From positions 53,416 to 63,887 of the forward strand of contig CAZOYD010000016.1 in assembly GCA_964583985.1 (NCBI GenBank): a DNA stretch of 10,472 bases, in the 5' to 3' direction. This DNA is from an uncultured archaeon. GTDB taxonomy: Archaea; Asgardarchaeota; Lokiarchaeia; Sigyniarchaeales; SOKP01. Position 1 is the stretch's first letter. Every line of letters begins with the position of its first letter. Shown here in pieces: positions 8,201 to 10,472 of this stretch. The translations under genes were made by a program, and so were the position numbers. A model generated the notes under the pieces. That model did not search any database and was not told the DNA's origin. It saw only the letters and a program-made list of their open reading frames with translations.

Positions 8201-9974
8201 ATTTCCAAACTCTTCTCTTGGGGAAATTATACCAATTGGAGTGGATGGAGAAGGAGATCATGATTTTATTATAACGGAAGATTTTCTTTATGATCTCCCC
8301 GGATTTGGTCCCGTTGAAGTGTGGGAACTTGAGGACTTAACCTTACCGGGAGGAATTGCGTGGTATGAGAAGAGCACGGGAATTCTAATATACGGAAATT
8401 TTGATTATTATGGGGGTATATATAATTATATTTTTGATTTTGTGGATACGAACATTATATTCGACTATATCTTCCTTGATCATGACATAGCAGTGTACCT
8501 AGAAGTACCTTTGGACGGTAAAGTGGATAATTCATTTACTATTAATGCATCAGTCAAAAATAATGGTCTAAACGATGAATTTGGCGTGGAATTATTTTTA
8601 TATCTTGATGAGGTACTGATTAACTCAATTACAATACCAACTCTAGCTATTGGAACCGATCAAACAATTCAATATTTATGGACCCCAACGGAATACAGGG
8701 CATATAATTTCACGGCTCTTGCACTTCCTGTACCACTTGAATCATACATGGATAATAACAGAAAAACTACAATTACGCATGTGCTTGATACCAAATTATT
8801 TGATGGCTTGTATATAAAGCATATCTTTTCATCTTTGGGTTATGTATATAATTCAAACTTTACATATACTCCTTACACGGATGGCTTATATCATGAGACT
8901 TTTGGAGCGGAGTATATGGGATCTTATGTGTCATTGTCGTGGTTCGTTGACCCTCTCACAAGACTAATGTCAGGAGGGTCGATGTTTGGAGATAATTGTC
9001 ATACTCCGGGGTGGATATTTACAGATACATCTCTTTATGATACAATCCCCATAGCTGTTGATGGAGAGGGAGACCATGATTTTTATGTAGCTAGAGAATT
9101 GGTTTATGATCTACCCGGTTTTGGCCCCGTTGGAGTGTGGGAACTTGAGGACTTAACCCTACCAGGAGGAATCGCGTGGTACGAGAAGAGTACAGGAATT
9201 TTTTTAAATGGTACATTTATTTATAGTGCAGGAATGAATAATTACACCATGGATTTTATAGATACCAATGCAATGTTGGCCATTATTGGACAACCAGGAG
9301 ATTTCACATTATCATCGAATGCGGGGAACCCCGATAATAATGGAATCTTCGATCTCTCGTGGACTACGTCGTCTTATGCAAATAATTACTCGGTATATCG
9401 TTATTCTCACTACATAACAGAGATTAATGGAAGTCTTACCCTCTTGGCAAGTGAAATCACCGATTTGACCTTGGCGTTAAGTGGATACGATGATGGAACG
9501 TATTACTTTATTGTAGTAGCGCATAATGATTATGGCGATACAAAGTCTAATTGCATTCCAATCAATGTAGAATTACCTGCATTACCTGGAGATTTCACTT
9601 TATCAACAAATGCGGGGAACCCTGATAATGATGGAGGCTTCGATCTCACGTGGACAGCGGCATCGGGGGCGACTAATTACTCAGTATATCGTTCTTCTAG
9701 TTACATTACAGTGATTGATGGAAGTGTTACTCTCTTGGCAAGTGAAATCACCGATTTGACCTGGGCGTTAAGTGGATACGAAGATGGAATATATTACTTT
9801 ATTGTAGTAGCACACAATGATAATGGTGATACTCTCTCAAATTGTGTTGAGATAAACGTTATAATATCAGGTATCCCGGGATATGATTCCGCATTGATCC
9901 TTCTAACAGTAGTAGGAATCTCTTTTCTACTCATAAAATCGAAACTTAAGAGAAAAATTAAGCTAACATCCTAA
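5265..9974 (+). CDS. Large secreted, C-terminally anchored papain-family (C1A) cysteine peptidase with CARDB, nidogen-like, duplicated unknown and FN3-like domains
   Basis: The ATG at 5265 gives a basic plus hydrophobic signal (MNVLNNLKKQKKLNLLVVLCITILLSLS), so I prefer it to the TTG at 5217. Catalytic motifs: DQASQGSC (Cys 5775), NHAQCLVGY (His 6234), VNSWGESW (Asn 6306). The C-terminus is IPGY, a hydrophobic helix, then KSKLKRKIK. Confidence 0.92.
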   Translation: MNVLNNLKKQKKLNLLVVLCITILLSLSNATILNSFSVNEPLNTMIFYSDSEKTSNENLDLSFMDNFDDVFIYSLNGRNYLATYKSFEDIELMKKGIDTQSKRLITDYNPIIDGHGTGYALPSPEDLEALIGKTTLLDVVPEYGQKYRASADLSTEIYFPTVGDQASQGSCSAWANAYYAYGYLEAKDYGWDASSGNPDFLLSPAWAYNIIAAYDYGSIPYEVAQVLLDWGIPTLSAMPYNDMDVNNWGNEAAWRQAPYHRPLDYTLIDYVGPTTIDLIKSIIDSGTPVTIGIDAYQFYSGLDQGTSDFILSSDEYDPSGGLNHAQCLVGYNDAITEGSDVGAFRVVNSWGESWMDAGYYWLTYDALSEFAEDPGQVIMFITDRNDYNPSLISTWEFSSAPTRMGDIVSLGVGPHDTPIDILTPHYDYDTNNPFPDFMAFDITEFLPYYTANNDEFFFLEIGSSTSAGTISSFLIERYVAGVLVETTYESIDVPQSTPGYARNTFMDFDHEISVSLEVPKNPEIFETYLINATVQNLGLNDESSIELYLYLDDLVVNSASYLTLSVGTSETIDYLWTPMTYDIFNFTVFAPPVGGEYSEDNNFKYSLITIKFLQNYTMTVGHPYTWIDASGGTELVLSDDDFAAIPLPFDFTFYDQTFSTIYLCSNGYLSFYDSSPYQFSNIPFPSGDPSHYYMIAPFWDDIYPGYGGHIYVQSFGTYWVAEWQDIYHISSDLIGSFQVVLYDTGEIIFNYDYIDFIADGYTCGLNLGVDTRYYNYYQGLTISTNDLSILFNLESIDHDLRVTLDTPSAPELGTSYAITAMVRNYGENDESDVNFYLYYDDVLVNSTFIPMLTIGESEILTYDWTPTTYRTYNLTAYAPPVIDETYISNNRVERLIAVHPVKLFDGLFMDHIYTQAGYGSGPSRVSYNLISGTLFYVEFEGNLGGMVIQGYWDVDANTRVMQNSGGFGFGDNVHTPFWIFPNSSLGEIIPIGVDGEGDHDFIITEDFLYDLPGFGPVEVWELEDLTLPGGIAWYEKSTGILIYGNFDYYGGIYNYIFDFVDTNIIFDYIFLDHDIAVYLEVPLDGKVDNSFTINASVKNNGLNDEFGVELFLYLDEVLINSITIPTLAIGTDQTIQYLWTPTEYRAYNFTALALPVPLESYMDNNRKTTITHVLDTKLFDGLYIKHIFSSLGYVYNSNFTYTPYTDGLYHETFGAEYMGSYVSLSWFVDPLTRLMSGGSMFGDNCHTPGWIFTDTSLYDTIPIAVDGEGDHDFYVARELVYDLPGFGPVGVWELEDLTLPGGIAWYEKSTGIFLNGTFIYSAGMNNYTMDFIDTNAMLAIIGQPGDFTLSSNAGNPDNNGIFDLSWTTSSYANNYSVYRYSHYITEINGSLTLLASEITDLTLALSGYDDGTYYFIVVAHNDYGDTKSNCIPINVELPALPGDFTLSTNAGNPDNDGGFDLTWTAASGATNYSVYRSSSYITVIDGSVTLLASEITDLTWALSGYEDGIYYFIVVAHNDNGDTLSNCVEINVIISGIPGYDSALILLTVVGISFLLIKSKLKRKIKLTS
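6789..8783 (+). repeat. Three CARDB/Ig-like domains (about 6789-7098, 7653-7958, 8478-8783)
   Basis: Shared pattern DH(E/D)xxVxLxxP...I(N/T)AxVxNxGxNDE...LYxDxxxxNS...L.(V/I)G......Y.WTP..Y..(F/Y)N.T..A.PV..E....NN. Confidence 0.8.
7653..9269 (+). repeat. Intragenic tandem duplication of a [CARDB + unknown domain] unit: 7653-8453 and 8478-9269
   Basis: The offset is 825 nt at the unit start and at KLFDGL (7968/8793), and 816 nt later. Segments 8289-8384 and 9105-9200 match at 86/96 nt and 31/32 aa (hand count). Confidence 0.92.
9294..9860 (+). repeat. Two tandem 92-aa fibronectin type III-like domains (9294-9569, 9585-9860)
   Basis: Offset is 291 nt and 72/92 aa are identical (hand count). 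FN3-like pattern LxW...NYSVY...LSGYxDGxYYFIVVAHN. Confidence 0.88.
9873..9974 (+). other. C-terminal protein-sorting signal (Loki-CTERM/PGF-CTERM-like)
   Basis: Tripartite structure: IPGY motif, hydrophobic SALILLTVVGISFLLI, and basic tail KSKLKRKIK. Confidence 0.8.
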
Positions 9975-10001
9975 TTTTTTTATTTTTTTATTCTTTTTTT
10001 T
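9975..10001 (+). terminator. Oligo-T terminator of the protease gene
   Basis: T7-A-T7-A-TT-C-T8 begins immediately after the TAA. Confidence 0.65.
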
Positions 10002-10056
10002 ATGCTAAGAAATAGTACTCAAAATCATATTAATCAAAAGTGGAAATTTTAATAAC

Positions 10057-10472
10057 ATGGTAAGACCTTCATATTGGCCAAAAGAAGGACAACCCAATAG
10101 GACTAAAGAATTCACTTGGATTGTGAAAAAAAAATTCGCAGCAAGTTGGTGGCCTGATCCTCCATTATTTAAACGATATGAAAAAGAAGGAATTTCTGTT
10201 ATTATAAACTGTTCTGAATTAAATAATAAAAGTGATATTCCTGAAAGATTTTATTATTATCATATTGCTGTTCCAGATTATGGATTACCTACTGAAGAGC
10301 AAATCTCGCACTTTTTAAAGATATGCGATAAGCATGGTCAGAAAAATGAAATAATTGTTGTGCATTGTGTAGCTGGATGTGGCAGAACTGGGCAATTTAT
10401 AGTTGCGTGGGCAGCATATAATGGATATATCCCAAAAAATATGGACCCTGTAAAATGGATTAGAAAATTAAG
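10057..10472 (+). CDS. Dual-specificity/PTP-superfamily phosphatase, 3'-truncated by the window edge (absent from the ORF track)
   Basis: Hand translation: MVRPSYWPKEGQPNRTKEFTWIVKKKFAASWWPD...GISVIINCSE...HIAVPDYGLPTEEQI...IVVHCVAGCGRTG...KWIRKL. The CX5R loop is at 10363-10386 and the general-acid loop is VPD. No stop before the end of the window. Confidence 0.92.
   Translation, partial: MVRPSYWPKEGQPNRTKEFTWIVKKKFAASWWPDPPLFKRYEKEGISVIINCSELNNKSDIPERFYYYHIAVPDYGLPTEEQISHFLKICDKHGQKNEIIVVHCVAGCGRTGQFIVAWAAYNGYIPKNMDPVKWIRKL

Noticed and set aside
7987-8208. 73-aa minus-strand ORF
   Set aside because: It lies antisense inside the protease gene, and the track shows no counterpart in the duplicated copy.
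8289-9860. Near-identical repeat pairs as a DGR template/variable repeat
   Set aside because: Mismatches are not adenine-specific (many are C/T and mostly synonymous), both copies are in-frame coding, and there is no reverse transcriptase in the window.
1-10472. CRISPR array, tRNA/rRNA, IS element or provirus
   Set aside because: No regularly spaced short repeats, structured GC-rich RNA segments, or transposase, integrase or viral genes are visible.

Overview
AT-rich archaeal window, most likely from an Asgard (Lokiarchaeia-like) chromosome. That assignment is inferred from the ThiD-ThiN fusion, DUF99, oligo-T terminators and an IPGY-TM-basic C-terminal sorting signal preceded by FN3-like repeats. 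There are eight genes, on almost strictly alternating strands: a 5'-truncated thiDN, a DUF99/EndoV-like protein, a small 4-TM membrane protein, thiC, an HSL-family alpha/beta hydrolase, a Nudix hydrolase, a ~1570-aa surface-anchored papain-family protease, and a 3'-truncated CX5R phosphatase that the ORF track missed. The most unusual element is the modular protease: signal/propeptide, C1A peptidase, unassigned domain, CARDB, nidogen/NIDO-like domain, 2x[CARDB + unrecognised ~160-aa domain], 2x FN3-like, and an IPGY anchor. A pair of related pseudo-palindromes upstream of thiC is a candidate operator. I found no RNA genes, CRISPR arrays or mobile elements. All domain calls come from motif recognition by eye, not database searches.
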